From contig CBDATS010000004.1 in the NCBI GenBank assembly GCA_965200245.1, positions 512,001 through 576,000 of the forward strand: a stretch of DNA of 64,000 nucleotides. The letters run 5' to 3'. The translations under genes and the position numbers were made by a program. How positions within the stretch are numbered: the first letter of the stretch is position 1; every line of letters starts with the position of its first letter. Below the pieces are notes generated by a model. It ran no database searches, had not been told where the DNA came from, and saw only the letters and a program-made list of their open reading frames with translations. This stretch comes from a bacterium. GTDB taxonomy: Bacteria > UBA8248. Below, piece by piece: positions 19,907 through 30,088 of this stretch.

Positions 19907-20677
19907 TCACACAAACCGTCTCACACCCGCATACATTTCCTTCCTCCTCAAGTCGGTCTCATCATGCCCGGCGAAGATGAGGTCAGGAGCGTCGGCAAGG
20001 TCCTTCACGATCTCTAGCGCGCGCAGGGCGTCGTCCACGTGCACGTGGGTGCCCGGCGGTATCATGGACTCAAGGCTGCGATAGAGATAGGCCGCGTCCA
20101 CAGCCAGCACCGCCCAGCCCTTCTCAGACCGGAAGCGGATTATCTGGTGGCCCGGCGTGTGGCCGCCCACCCAGTGGACGTGCACGCCGTCGGCGATCTC
20201 CGCCTCTCCGTCCACGAGTTCGAGGCGGCCTTCCTCCTGCAGTCGTTCCGCCTCTTCGAAGTCTCCCAGAAAATGGTTGATGAAATGATATTCCGCCGCA
20301 TCGCTCCGCCAGAAATCGAGTTCGCGCCTCTGGAGATAGAAGCGCGCGGAGGTAAACAGCCTAGGTGACATAAAGTGATCCCAGTGCAGGTGGCTCACGA
20401 TCATCGTCTCGACTTCCGAGGGTTTCAGGCCGAAATGCCCGAGAAGTTCTCGCTGGGAGCGGTAGTCCGCGTAATCGGGGTTTCGCGCCTTTTGAGACTC
20501 TTCACTGAAGCCCGTGTCGATCACGATGGGCTTGCGATCGCCCTCAGGCTTCAGCACCCAGAAAAAATAGGGCAGCGTGCGCGTCCTTCCCGATTCGCTC
20601 AGATACAGGAGCCAGGAGGCATCGCACACGCGCGAACCCTGGCACAGGGCGTAGAGTTGATAGGTCGTCTTGTTCAA
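19907..20677 (-). CDS. N-acyl homoserine lactonase-family metallo-beta-lactamase fold hydrolase
   Basis: DTG, SHLHWDH, GHTPGHQ, D, GHD metal ligands. Confidence 0.88.
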   Translation of the reverse strand: MNKTTYQLYALCQGSRVCDASWLLYLSESGRTRTLPYFFWVLKPEGDRKPIVIDTGFSEESQKARNPDYADYRSQRELLGHFGLKPSEVETMIVSHLHWDHFMSPRLFTSARFYLQRRELDFWRSDAAEYHFINHFLGDFEEAERLQEEGRLELVDGEAEIADGVHVHWVGGHTPGHQIIRFRSEKGWAVLAVDAAYLYRSLESMIPPGTHVHVDDALRALEIVKDLADAPDLIFAGHDETDLRRKEMYAGVRRFV

Positions 20678-20841
20678 GATTTCGTGCCTCCCTGTAGTTC
20701 CGCCGCTCGCGGCGGGCGCTCGAAATATGACGGTGCGGCTCTTCGTTGTCCGATGGATGAGATTATGCCATTATCCCCGAAGCGCAAAACACAGGTTTCG
20801 GTATTCGGTTCGCAGAAAACCACTCCCGAAGGGCGCTCGTT

Positions 20842-23187
20842 TTGGACAACACCTTCATCATCGTATTCTTTCCGTTCGCAGCCGCTCTCATCGTCCCATG
20901 GTTCGCAGAGCGTTTCAGGAAAAACGCCGCGTGGTTCGCCATGGCAGCGCCCATCATCAGCACCTGGGCACTCATCGACCTTTACGGCGAATGGACAGCG
21001 GGCGGCCAGAAGACTTTCACGCGCGCCATAGCCTGGGTACCCGCCGCGAACGTGGAAATCTCCTTCATGGTGGACGGACTGAGCCTCATGTGGGGATTTC
21101 TGGTGGCGGGCATGGGCGCGCTCATCATCCTTTATTCCCACTGGTATCTCCACGAGCACGAGGCGCTGGGACGCTACTACGGTTTTCTGATCGCCTTCAT
21201 GGGTTCGATGCTGGGCGTCGTATTATCGGATCACTTGATTTCCCTGTTCATCTTCTGGGAACTCACGAGCATCACCTCGTTTTTCCTCATCGGCTTCTGG
21301 TCGGACAGGGATGCGTCGAACTACGGCGCCACCAAGGCCATTCTCATCACGGGCAGCGGGGGACTCGCCATGCTGGGGGGATTCCTGCTTCTGGGCGATG
21401 TAGCTGGCGAGTGGCGGCTTTCGCATCTCGTGCTCATGCCGGACATAGCAAGCCAGATATCGCTCGGCATCTTTTTGCTCATCATCCTGGGCGCGGCCAC
21501 CAAGAGTGCGCAGTGGCCCTTCCACATCTGGCTGCCGAACGCGATGGAAGCGCCCACGCCCATCAGCGCGTTCCTGCACTCGGCCACCATGGTGAAGGCG
21601 GGCATCTATCTCCTGTCGCGTTTCTACCCGATTCTGGGCACACACCCCGCCTGGGGCTACGTGGTGACGGGCTTCGGCATGACGACCATGATAGCGGGGG
21701 GTCTACTCTCGCTGAGAGCCTATGACTTAAAGGCGATTCTCGCCTATGGCACCATCAGTCAACTCGGCCTCATCGTCACCTTCCTGGGCTACGGCGGCAA
21801 GGGCGCCATCATCGGTGCCACACTTCATCTGTATAACCACGCGGCGGCCAAGGCGGCGATGTTCATGACGGTGGGCATCATCGACCACGAGGCAGGCACG
21901 CGTGACGTGCGGCTACTCGGCAACCTAAGGAAACTGATGCCAAAGACACACGTGCTGGCCGTCATCGCAGCACTCAGCCTCATCGGCATACCGCCCATGG
22001 GCGGGTTTATCACCAAGGAGATGCTCTACGAAGTGAGCCTCCAACCGGGCGGCCCCGGAAACTGGGCGTGGTTCTGGCCGTATCTCACCGTCTTCGCGGG
22101 CGTGTTTACCGCACTTTATCACTTGAGATTCCTGAGCGAACCCTACTGGCAGGCAGCGGAAGGAGAATCCCCAAAACATCCTCACGACCCGCCGCTCGGA
22201 ATGCTGGCTGCACCTGCCATCCTCGTCCTCCTGGCTTTGGGGCTGGGACTCGCCCCGGGGCTGATCGAGAACACCATTGTAGCACCTGCGGCACAGGCTA
22301 CCCTGGGCGGCAAGGCGCACCTGGAACTTCATCTTGGCCTCTGGCACGGGGTGAACTTGCCCCTGCTCATGTCGATAGTCACGATGGCGCTGGGACTCGC
22401 GCTTTATTTCGGCTTTGCACACGTGAAGACTGTACTGGACGCCGTCGCCGGTTCCTGGGGGAAGGGCCCCGCTCCGGACAGGATATACAACGCCTCTGTC
22501 GACTGGCTGCGAAACGGCACTTGGGGGATTCTCCTCTTGATCCAGGACGGGAACCTGAGACACTACATGCGCTGGATGATGGTGCTGCCCACTGCGGCCG
22601 CCCTCTACCTCGCCTGGCGGATGGACTGGGGAACGGACGTCTTCCCAAAAAGCTTTGCGGGATCTTCGTTCCTGCTCGTCGTGATCGCGGTTATGATCGC
22701 GGCTTCCGCGCTCGCCACAGCGCTTTTCAAGACAAGGGTCGCCGCGATTCTCGCACTCGGCACGATGGGCTACGCCATCTCGGGGCTATACTTGCTCTTG
22801 AAAGCGCCCGACCTGGCGATCACCCAGATCATGGTCGAATCGGCCTCGGTCGTATTGTTCCTGCTGGTGTTCTACTACCTGCCGGAACTCAAGCCCGTGC
22901 CCGCATCGGCAGCGAAGAAGATGCGCGACTGGGGGATCGCCATTGCTCTCGGCGTCTGCACGACGCTCGTCATGGCCGCCGCCATGAACACGCACAAGTT
23001 CCGCACCATCGCGGACTACTTCATGCGCACGAGCAAGCCACTGGCCGGGTTCAAGAACGTGGTCAACGCCATCATCGTTGATTACCGGGGATACGACACG
23101 CTCGGCGAGATCACCGTGCTCGTCATCGCGGGTATCGCCGTCTACGCCCTCTTGCGGCTGGTGGGAGAGATGAAATGCGATCACTGA
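20842..23187 (+). CDS. mrpA: Mrp Na+/H+ antiporter subunit A
   Basis: [50 protein letters not shown]-terminal [18 protein letters not shown]. Confidence 0.95.
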   Translation: MDNTFIIVFFPFAAALIVPWFAERFRKNAAWFAMAAPIISTWALIDLYGEWTAGGQKTFTRAIAWVPAANVEISFMVDGLSLMWGFLVAGMGALIILYSHWYLHEHEALGRYYGFLIAFMGSMLGVVLSDHLISLFIFWELTSITSFFLIGFWSDRDASNYGATKAILITGSGGLAMLGGFLLLGDVAGEWRLSHLVLMPDIASQISLGIFLLIILGAATKSAQWPFHIWLPNAMEAPTPISAFLHSATMVKAGIYLLSRFYPILGTHPAWGYVVTGFGMTTMIAGGLLSLRAYDLKAILAYGTISQLGLIVTFLGYGGKGAIIGATLHLYNHAAAKAAMFMTVGIIDHEAGTRDVRLLGNLRKLMPKTHVLAVIAALSLIGIPPMGGFITKEMLYEVSLQPGGPGNWAWFWPYLTVFAGVFTALYHLRFLSEPYWQAAEGESPKHPHDPPLGMLAAPAILVLLALGLGLAPGLIENTIVAPAAQATLGGKAHLELHLGLWHGVNLPLLMSIVTMALGLALYFGFAHVKTVLDAVAGSWGKGPAPDRIYNASVDWLRNGTWGILLLIQDGNLRHYMRWMMVLPTAAALYLAWRMDWGTDVFPKSFAGSSFLLVVIAVMIAASALATALFKTRVAAILALGTMGYAISGLYLLLKAPDLAITQIMVESASVVLFLLVFYYLPELKPVPASAAKKMRDWGIAIALGVCTTLVMAAAMNTHKFRTIADYFMRTSKPLAGFKNVVNAIIVDYRGYDTLGEITVLVIAGIAVYALLRLVGEMKCDH

Positions 23188-23600
23188 TCCTGCGGACGAT
23201 AGCACCGATCGTCCTGCACCTGACGCTGCTCTTCTCCATGTTTCTGCTCATATATGGCCACAACCAGCCGGGAGGCGGCTTCATCGCGGGCCTGATGACG
23301 TCGGTGGGCATCGTGCTGCAGTGGGTAGCGGTGGACGCGGAAGAAGGCCGCAAGCGTTTCAACTGGCCTTATGAGGGAATTTTCCTCGCGGGATTGACGC
23401 TCTCCACTCTCACGGGGGTGTGGGGCTACATCAGGGGAGCGTATCTCAAAAGCTCGATATACCGCTTCGCTCTGCCCTTCATCGGCGACGTGGAACTGTT
23501 CACTGCCTTCCTGTTCGACGTCGGGGTGTACGGCGTGGTGGTCGGGGTGGTGATGTACATCTTCAGCACCCTCTGCGAGAAGGAGACACAGGAATCCTGA
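23175..23600 (+). CDS. mrpB: Mrp subunit B
   Basis: [19 protein letters not shown]. Confidence 0.93.
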   Translation: MRSLILRTIAPIVLHLTLLFSMFLLIYGHNQPGGGFIAGLMTSVGIVLQWVAVDAEEGRKRFNWPYEGIFLAGLTLSTLTGVWGYIRGAYLKSSIYRFALPFIGDVELFTAFLFDVGVYGVVVGVVMYIFSTLCEKETQES

Positions 23601-23858
23601 GATTGAGCAGTCTCGCGGGAGCGGACGGCGGCATGGTTCGATGCCTGCTCCCCGGATGAAAAGGTAATCACATACACGGAGAGCCGGCGGGATTACAGAT
23701 TCTGGATTCGAAAAGGGAGTGATGTTATCACTCCCCGCTTGAAAGGGAATGAGGAAACGCAGGTATGGGGAATGATTCTGGAGATGGAATCATGGATTCA
23801 ACAGGAAGCGGTCAATCCGAACATATGATTCCCAACGGAAAGACACGCAGGAGATAAA

Positions 23859-24209
23859 ATGCTCTGGATACTGGCGATGATCATCGGCGTGCTGGTGACG
23901 GTGGCGTCCTACCTCATCATGCAGCGCAGGATCATCCAGGTAGTGCTCGGAATGGCGGTGTTGAGCCACGCCGCGAACCTGATGATCGTCGCATCGGGCT
24001 GGGTGGGGGACGGAAAAGCGCCCATCGTACCCAAGAAGGGCGGCCCGCTCGATCCGTTCGCCTACGTCGACCCCCTGCCCCAGGCCATGGTGCTGACGGC
24101 AATCGTTATCAGTCTTGCCATTATGGCGTTTCTGCTCGTGCTCGCGTTCTTCACCTACAAGAAATTCGGCACCGACGACATCGACGAGATCAGGAGGCTC
24201 AAGGGATGA
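23859..24209 (+). CDS. mrpC: Mrp subunit C
   Basis: SHAANL, DPLPQAMVLTAIVIS. Confidence 0.93.
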   Translation: MLWILAMIIGVLVTVASYLIMQRRIIQVVLGMAVLSHAANLMIVASGWVGDGKAPIVPKKGGPLDPFAYVDPLPQAMVLTAIVISLAIMAFLLVLAFFTYKKFGTDDIDEIRRLKG

Positions 24210-25681
24210 ACTCCCTCTTTCCGCTCTTCGTCGTCTGGCCGCTGGCCACGGGCACGTTCCTGTTCCTCGTGCGCAAGAACCAACCAATCCAGGAATCGGT
24301 GAGCATACTGGCACTTCTGGTAAACCTCATCCTCGCGGGCGCCCTCCTGAGCGCAACGTCGGACGGGACGATTTTCGTGCACCGGATGGGCCTGTGGCCT
24401 TTCCCGTACGCCATCGTCCTGGCGGCAGACAGGCTTGCCGCGACACTTTTGTGTCTCTCATCCTCCATCGTGGGAGCGTGTGCCGTTTTCGCGAGGAGCT
24501 ATCTATCTGATGCGCAGCGAAAAGAGGCCTTTCACCCGCTTTTGCATTTTCTCCTGATGGGGATGCAGGGGTGTTTTATCACGGGCGATCTGTTCAACCT
24601 GTTCGTCTTCTTCGAGGTCATGCTCATGGCCACGTACGCACTGTTGGGATTCTACTACAACCTCGACCAGCTCGAGATGGCCTTCAAGTACACCTGCATG
24701 AACCTGATCGCCTCGGCACTGTTCCTGCTGGGCGTTTCTCTCCTGTACGCGCAGGTAGGCACGGTGAACATGGCCGATCTGGCCTTGAAGATAAAGCTCC
24801 TGGGACCCACACCGTTAATCGTGGTGACCGCCCTCCTCTTCGTGTTCGTTTTCAGTGTCAAGGCGGCAATATTTCCGATGCACCTGTGGCTACCTTCTGC
24901 GCACTCGATTTCACCCACGCCCATCAGCGCGATCCTCGCCGGTGTGCTGGTCAAGGTGGGTATCTACGCCATCATTCGCTGTGCGACGCTCATCTTCCCG
25001 GCGGCGTTCCTGATACTCCAGCCGGGTCTGCTCGCCCTGTGCCTTCTGACCATCGCCATGGGCGCACTGGGCACCCTTCCGCAGACGAGTCTCAAGCGCA
25101 TCCTCGCCTACAGCACCATCAACCAGTTGGGTTACATCGCCTTCGGCATCGCACTGCTATCACAAGCCGGACTCGCCGCGGCGGTATTCTACATCGTCGG
25201 CCACGCGTATCTCAAAAGCGCGATGCTCCTGGGTGCCGGGCTGAACCAGAAGCTCACCGGCACGGTGGACCTGGAAGAGATGGGCGGCATGATGGGCAAA
25301 GCGCCCTTCGCGAGCCTGCTGATGCTCGTCGGGTTCCTGTCACTCGCGGGTTTTCCGCCCTTTACGGGTTTTTTCGCCAAGCTCTTCGTGCTTCAGGCGG
25401 GATTCTCCCAAGGCGCGCTGCTCGCCACGGGAATCGCCCTGGGATTCGGTGTGATATCGCTTTATTATAATTTCACGGCTTACCAGCGTTACGCTTGGGG
25501 AACGGGTGGCGGCGAGGTCGGTTCGGCGGGAGCGGGCATCTACGGCTCGGTCGCTTTCCTCTCGGCCTTCGCGGTCATCTTCGGGCTGGGTGCGTTCTGG
25601 CTCTTCGAGTGGGCGCAGCTCGTGGCCGCCCAGATCACGAATCCGGAACTCTACATCGCCGCCATGCGGGACCTGGGATAG
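24206..25681 (+). CDS. mrpD: Mrp subunit D
   Basis: TGDLFNLFVFFEVML, KAAIFPMHLWLP, LVKVGIYA. Confidence 0.95.
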   Translation: MNSLFPLFVVWPLATGTFLFLVRKNQPIQESVSILALLVNLILAGALLSATSDGTIFVHRMGLWPFPYAIVLAADRLAATLLCLSSSIVGACAVFARSYLSDAQRKEAFHPLLHFLLMGMQGCFITGDLFNLFVFFEVMLMATYALLGFYYNLDQLEMAFKYTCMNLIASALFLLGVSLLYAQVGTVNMADLALKIKLLGPTPLIVVTALLFVFVFSVKAAIFPMHLWLPSAHSISPTPISAILAGVLVKVGIYAIIRCATLIFPAAFLILQPGLLALCLLTIAMGALGTLPQTSLKRILAYSTINQLGYIAFGIALLSQAGLAAAVFYIVGHAYLKSAMLLGAGLNQKLTGTVDLEEMGGMMGKAPFASLLMLVGFLSLAGFPPFTGFFAKLFVLQAGFSQGALLATGIALGFGVISLYYNFTAYQRYAWGTGGGEVGSAGAGIYGSVAFLSAFAVIFGLGAFWLFEWAQLVAAQITNPELYIAAMRDLG

Positions 25682-25693
25682 GAGAGACACCCG

Positions 25694-26167
25694 ATGTCGC
25701 TCGCCACGCTTGCTTTCAGCATCGCCGCCATCTGGATATTCCTCAACGGGAGCGCCACGCCGGGAGATTTCTTCGTCGGGCTGGTCCTGGCAGTCTTCAT
25801 CATCCGCTTCCTGAAGAAATCCTACTACCAGGACAGGGCGTTCTTCCGTATCGGCAGCTACCTCAGATACTTGCGAAGTTTCATCCGGGAACTTTTCATC
25901 GCCAACGTCCAGGTGCTGAAAATCGTGCTCTCCCCCAGGCTATCGATACGCCCGGGCATCATCTCCTACAGGACGATCTGCAAGACACCCCTGGGAGTGA
26001 CAATGCTGGCCAACTCCATCACGCTCACGCCCGGCACGCTTAGCATCGACGTGTCCGACGACGATGAGACGATTTTCGTCCACTCGCTCGACATCGACCA
26101 TCCCGACGAGGTGGCCATGAGCATCCGCAAGGGACTGGAACAACCCATCGTGGGAGCCGTGGAATGA
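25694..26167 (+). CDS. mrpE: Mrp subunit E
   Basis: LANSITLTPGTL, FVHSLD. Confidence 0.93.
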   Translation: MSLATLAFSIAAIWIFLNGSATPGDFFVGLVLAVFIIRFLKKSYYQDRAFFRIGSYLRYLRSFIRELFIANVQVLKIVLSPRLSIRPGIISYRTICKTPLGVTMLANSITLTPGTLSIDVSDDDETIFVHSLDIDHPDEVAMSIRKGLEQPIVGAVE

Positions 26168-26433
26168 TAGAGACTATCGTTCAGATAAGCCTGGTAATGC
26201 TGGGCGCGTCGGTGATACTGGCGTTCATCCGCCTCGTCAAGGGACCCACGACTTCGGACCGCGTGGTAGCGGCAGACACCATCGCCACCAACGTGCTGGG
26301 CGTCATCGCGCTCTTTGCCATCCAGACGTACAACAAGCTGTTCATCATCGCCGTGCTCGCCTTGGCCATCCTGAGCTTCGTGGGCACGACGGTGTACGCG
26401 AAGTTTCTCGAAAGGGGGAAGATCATTGAGTGA
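26164..26433 (+). CDS. mrpF: Mrp subunit F
   Basis: RLVKGPTTSDRVVAAD, SFVGT. Confidence 0.93.
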   Translation: MIETIVQISLVMLGASVILAFIRLVKGPTTSDRVVAADTIATNVLGVIALFAIQTYNKLFIIAVLALAILSFVGTTVYAKFLERGKIIE

Positions 26434-26797
26434 AGCCCTGGCCGCCTTCCTGCTGCTGGGAGGATCGTTCTTCATGCTGGTCGCCAGTATCGGTCTCCTG
26501 CGACTGCCCGATGTCTATTGCCGCATGCACGCCGCCACCAAGTCGACGACCTTCGGCATGGGCGGCATTCTCCTGGGCGCGAGTCTCATCTTCCAGGACG
26601 CCACGGTTACCACGCAGGCACTTCTGGCCGTTTTCTTTCTCTTCCTGACAGCCCCCGTTGCCGCGCACCTGATTTCGAGGGCAGCCTACAAGCGCGGCCC
26701 AGACCTCTGTGCCGAGACCACGCACGATGAATATGGAAAGTACCTGGAGGGGCAAAAAACAGAAGAAAAAACCTCGGACAGGTATGGGGACGCATAG
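26426..26797 (+). CDS. mrpG: Mrp subunit G
   Basis: GLLRLPDVYCRMHAATK, LTAPVAAH. Confidence 0.93.
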   Translation: MSEALAAFLLLGGSFFMLVASIGLLRLPDVYCRMHAATKSTTFGMGGILLGASLIFQDATVTTQALLAVFFLFLTAPVAAHLISRAAYKRGPDLCAETTHDEYGKYLEGQKTEEKTSDRYGDA

Positions 26798-26870
26798 CGA
26801 AACATCGCAAACTCGAGGCAGCTACGTTGTTTATTTCACTTCTATCCATTCATAGGGAGGAACGAGGCTC

Positions 26871-27470
26871 ATGAACCGGTTTGCGAAATATGCCATGATG
26901 CTCATCGCGGTGGCATGGCTGGCAACTCCCGCCCTCTCGAACGCCTCCGAGTGGCGAATCGATCCCTCCCACACGACGGTATCCTTCAAGGTACGTCACT
27001 TGGGAGTCACCTGGGTGCAAGGGGAATTCCGGAAGGTATCGGGAAAGGTCCGCTATGACAGGAAGAACCCCGTAGCCGCGATGGCTGATATCGTCATCGA
27101 AGCCGCCTCGATCGATACAGGGAACACGCGGCGCGACAACCATCTTCGGAGCGATGATTTCCTCCTCTCCGAGAAACATCCCTCTATCACGTTCAGGTCC
27201 AGGGCTGTGAAAAATGCAAAAGCGGACAGCCTCGATCTGATTGGAGACCTGACCATCCGCGGCATCACGAAAGAAGTGGTGTTGAAGGTGGCAGATATCA
27301 GCGGAGAGGTCAAAATGCGGCACGGGACCGTCAAGATCGGCGCGAGCGCCACCACCCGTATCAACCGACAGGACTTCGGGGTGAAGTTCAACAGCCTGCT
27401 CGATACGGGCGGGCTCGTCGTGGGAAATGAGGTACGTATCACCATCGACGTAGAACTGAACAAGCAATAG
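26871..27470 (+). CDS. YceI family periplasmic protein
   Basis: Signal peptide; WRIDPSHT..F.VRHLG, RDNHLRSDDF, GDLTIRG. Confidence 0.92.
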   Translation: MNRFAKYAMMLIAVAWLATPALSNASEWRIDPSHTTVSFKVRHLGVTWVQGEFRKVSGKVRYDRKNPVAAMADIVIEAASIDTGNTRRDNHLRSDDFLLSEKHPSITFRSRAVKNAKADSLDLIGDLTIRGITKEVVLKVADISGEVKMRHGTVKIGASATTRINRQDFGVKFNSLLDTGGLVVGNEVRITIDVELNKQ

Positions 27471-27669
27471 CGCCGAGGCAAGCTGTTTCATTTGATCTCG
27501 CAGCCGGATTGGGCTACATGAATTCCGGGTGGATCGGTGGAGGTTTCACCCCCGAACGAAATCCGACATTCAAAACGACATTCTGGAGCCCGGAGCGAAC
27601 ACCCGAGTTGATACGTTTTTTCATTCAAAGGGGTGTTCGACTTCCAAACGACGAGACGAGGGAGATTCC

Positions 27670-28145
27670 ATGCGCCACATTCTCGGGCCTTGCACGGGCA
27701 ACTCGGCGCGTTCAATACTCGCGGAAGCCGTCCTGAACCGTGACGGCACGGGAAGGGTGCAGGCCTATTCTGCGGGATCGAAACCGACAGGCCGGATCAA
27801 TCCGGGCGCGGTTCGCCTGATGGCGCGCATCGGCTTGACAACGGACAGCTATCGCTCGAAGAGTTGGGACGAGTTCGCCGCCCCGGCGCGCCGCAAATAG
27901 AACTGATCGTCACCGTCTGCGACTCGGCGGCTGGTGAGACATGTCCCGTCTGGCCTGGCGCACCGATCACGGTGCACTGGGGGGTGGACAATCCCGCCGC
28001 CGCACCGGAAGACAAAATCGACGAGGCGTTTCGGTTCGCCTGCCACCGTCCGAGCGCCCGGGTAAACGCCTTTCTGGCCCTGCCTTTCGAAGACATGGAC
28101 TGCGCAACACTCAAGACTCGCCTTGATGCCATCAGCCATATATGA
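27670..28145 (+). pseudogene. arsC: arsenate reductase ArsC (LMW-PTP type), frameshifted
   Basis: CTGNSARS...SKSWDEF, frameshift near 27880, then TVCDSAAGETCPVWPGAP. Confidence 0.88.
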
Positions 28146-28157
28146 GGATTTGAGCCG

Positions 28158-28810
28158 ATGAGCCGCAAACTCCTTGCCGAAGCCGTTGGAACCGCGTTTC
28201 TGCTCGTGACCATCGCGGGATCGGGCATCATGGGCGAAACTTCGGCGAATGGACAGGTGGGCGTTGCCCTGCTGCCGCATTCGCTGGCGATAGGCGCAAT
28301 TCTGTTATCATGATCACCCTGCTCGGACCGGTTTCGGGTGCACACTTCAACCCGGCGGTCACCATGGTCTTCGCCCTGAAAGGAGACATGGGGCGCCTCG
28401 AGGCCGTCCCCTACGTCGTCGTGCAAATCATCGCAGGCATTATCGGCGTGCTCGCCGCACACCTCATGTTCGATCTCGATTTCGCCCAGATATCCCAGAA
28501 ACAGCGAGCGAGCGTGGGCCAGTGGTCGGCGGAGATCATCGCGACGGCGGGGCTCATCTTCGTCATCCTGGGCGGGCTGCGCACAAACCCCGCCTTCATC
28601 CCCGCGATGGTAGGGCTCTACATCACATCGGCCCTGTGGTTCAAGGCCTCGACCAGCTTTGCCAACCCGGCGGTCACGATCGCGCGCGCCCTCACCAACA
28701 CGTTCTCGGGCATCCAGCCCGTCGATGCGCCGGCCTTCATCGTCTCCCAGTTCGTGGGCGCGCTCGGGGGGTGGGGTCTGGCAAACGCGGTCTGGCCCGA
28801 GAAGCGCTGA
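28158..28810 (+). pseudogene. MIP/aquaporin (AqpS-like arsenite channel), frameshifted
   Basis: MSRKLLAEAVGTAFLL..GSGIM; frameshift near 28305; SGAHFNPAVT and STSFANPAVT. Confidence 0.85.
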
Positions 28811-28922
28811 GCCCTGTTTCCAGAAACATTCCTGATAAAGCGGACGGGCTTGCCATAACCGCGTCGATGGTGGATTCTCCCCCGAAATTCGAAACGGTGT
28901 AATGCAGTCTGGAGTCGGAAGA

Positions 28923-29795
28923 ATGTCGGAACCGAAAAGCGTTTTCATCGAAAGAGACGGCGTGCGGCTTCACGCCCTGGATCACGGGAGCGAGGGGGAA
29001 AATAACCCCGTCATGCTGATGCTGCACGGCGCCGCGGCACACGCGCGCTGGTGGGATCATGTCGCCCCCCGTTACAGGGACATGCTAAGACCCGTCGCGA
29101 CGGATCACCGTGGCCACGGAGACACCGGATGGCGGGACGAATACCCCTTTGAGGAGCTTTTGCACGACGTGGCGGCCTGGGTGGAATGGGCCAGGACAGA
29201 GAGTGGAAAAAAGCCCTGGCTTCTGGCCCACTCGATGGGCGGAGTCATCGCGCTGAACCTTTTCACCCTTGAGCCACCCGACATCGCAGGTCTCATCGTC
29301 GTGGACTCTCCGCTCAGGACAACGGACGCGATTCTCGCCGAGGTACGAGCATTCGGAAACCGCCCCGCCAGACCCTGGGCGTCGCGAGATCTTTTCGTTG
29401 AGAAATTCAGGCTTCTGCCCGCATCGGACAAGGTGAATCCCGAAATCGTCGCCCACATCGCCCGCCACGCCATCCGGCCGAACGACGACGGTACCTGGAC
29501 GGTCAAGGCGGACAGGCGCTTTCACGCCACCCGTCCCGAGACGGATCAGCGCGCGGGCTGGCTGCGTGTCGAGACTCCCGCCTTGCTCGTGGCAGGAGAA
29601 CTCTCCGACCGCCTGAAATCGGACTCTCTCGAATGGGTGCGCGAGAAGGCGCCGCATGTAGAGACCACCGTGATCCCGGGCGCACACCACCACGTCTTTA
29701 TGGACGAACCGGAAGCGTTCATTCGCATCACGCGCGATTTTCTGGAGAGGAAGATTTTCCAAACGGGCCAGCGGAACGTACCCCAAACTGTCTGA
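28923..29795 (+). CDS. alpha/beta hydrolase
   Basis: HG, DHRGHG, AHSMGG nucleophile elbow, GAHHH. Confidence 0.9.
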   Translation: MSEPKSVFIERDGVRLHALDHGSEGENNPVMLMLHGAAAHARWWDHVAPRYRDMLRPVATDHRGHGDTGWRDEYPFEELLHDVAAWVEWARTESGKKPWLLAHSMGGVIALNLFTLEPPDIAGLIVVDSPLRTTDAILAEVRAFGNRPARPWASRDLFVEKFRLLPASDKVNPEIVAHIARHAIRPNDDGTWTVKADRRFHATRPETDQRAGWLRVETPALLVAGELSDRLKSDSLEWVREKAPHVETTVIPGAHHHVFMDEPEAFIRITRDFLERKIFQTGQRNVPQTV

Positions 29796-29968
29796 ATCCC
29801 ATGCGCCCCCTGTTTCCAGCCGTATCTTCACGTGACTACCACGGAACGACAGAGCAAAATCCTGATCCGGTGAATCAAATTTGATTCGCTGAGAAATATC
29901 TCCCAAGGGGTAGTCGACGGTGGGAGCGCGATTCAGTTGTTGTACATGGCGCCGGAACAGACTCATGG

Positions 29969-30002
29969 CACCGTCATTCCGGTAAAAACCGGAATGACGG
30001 TG
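29969..30002. repeat. perfect 15-bp palindrome (REP-like or bidirectional terminator)
   Basis: CACCGTCATTCCGGT-AAAA-ACCGGAATGACGGTG between convergent genes. Confidence 0.8.
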
Positions 30003-30088
30003 AACATTCTCGGTTGGAAGGGATCAATACCCCTTTTGGGAAGCTTGTTCTGCAACCCGTATGCGCCCTTATAAAACCGCGCGTCTCC

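Noticed and set aside
19641-19910. Minus-strand ORF containing PVGEGLWE as a RelE/Gp49 toxin remnant
   Set aside because: A single short motif is not enough support.
23617-23652. GGTTCGA-containing hairpin as a tRNA
   Set aside because: No D or anticodon arms and wrong T-arm geometry.
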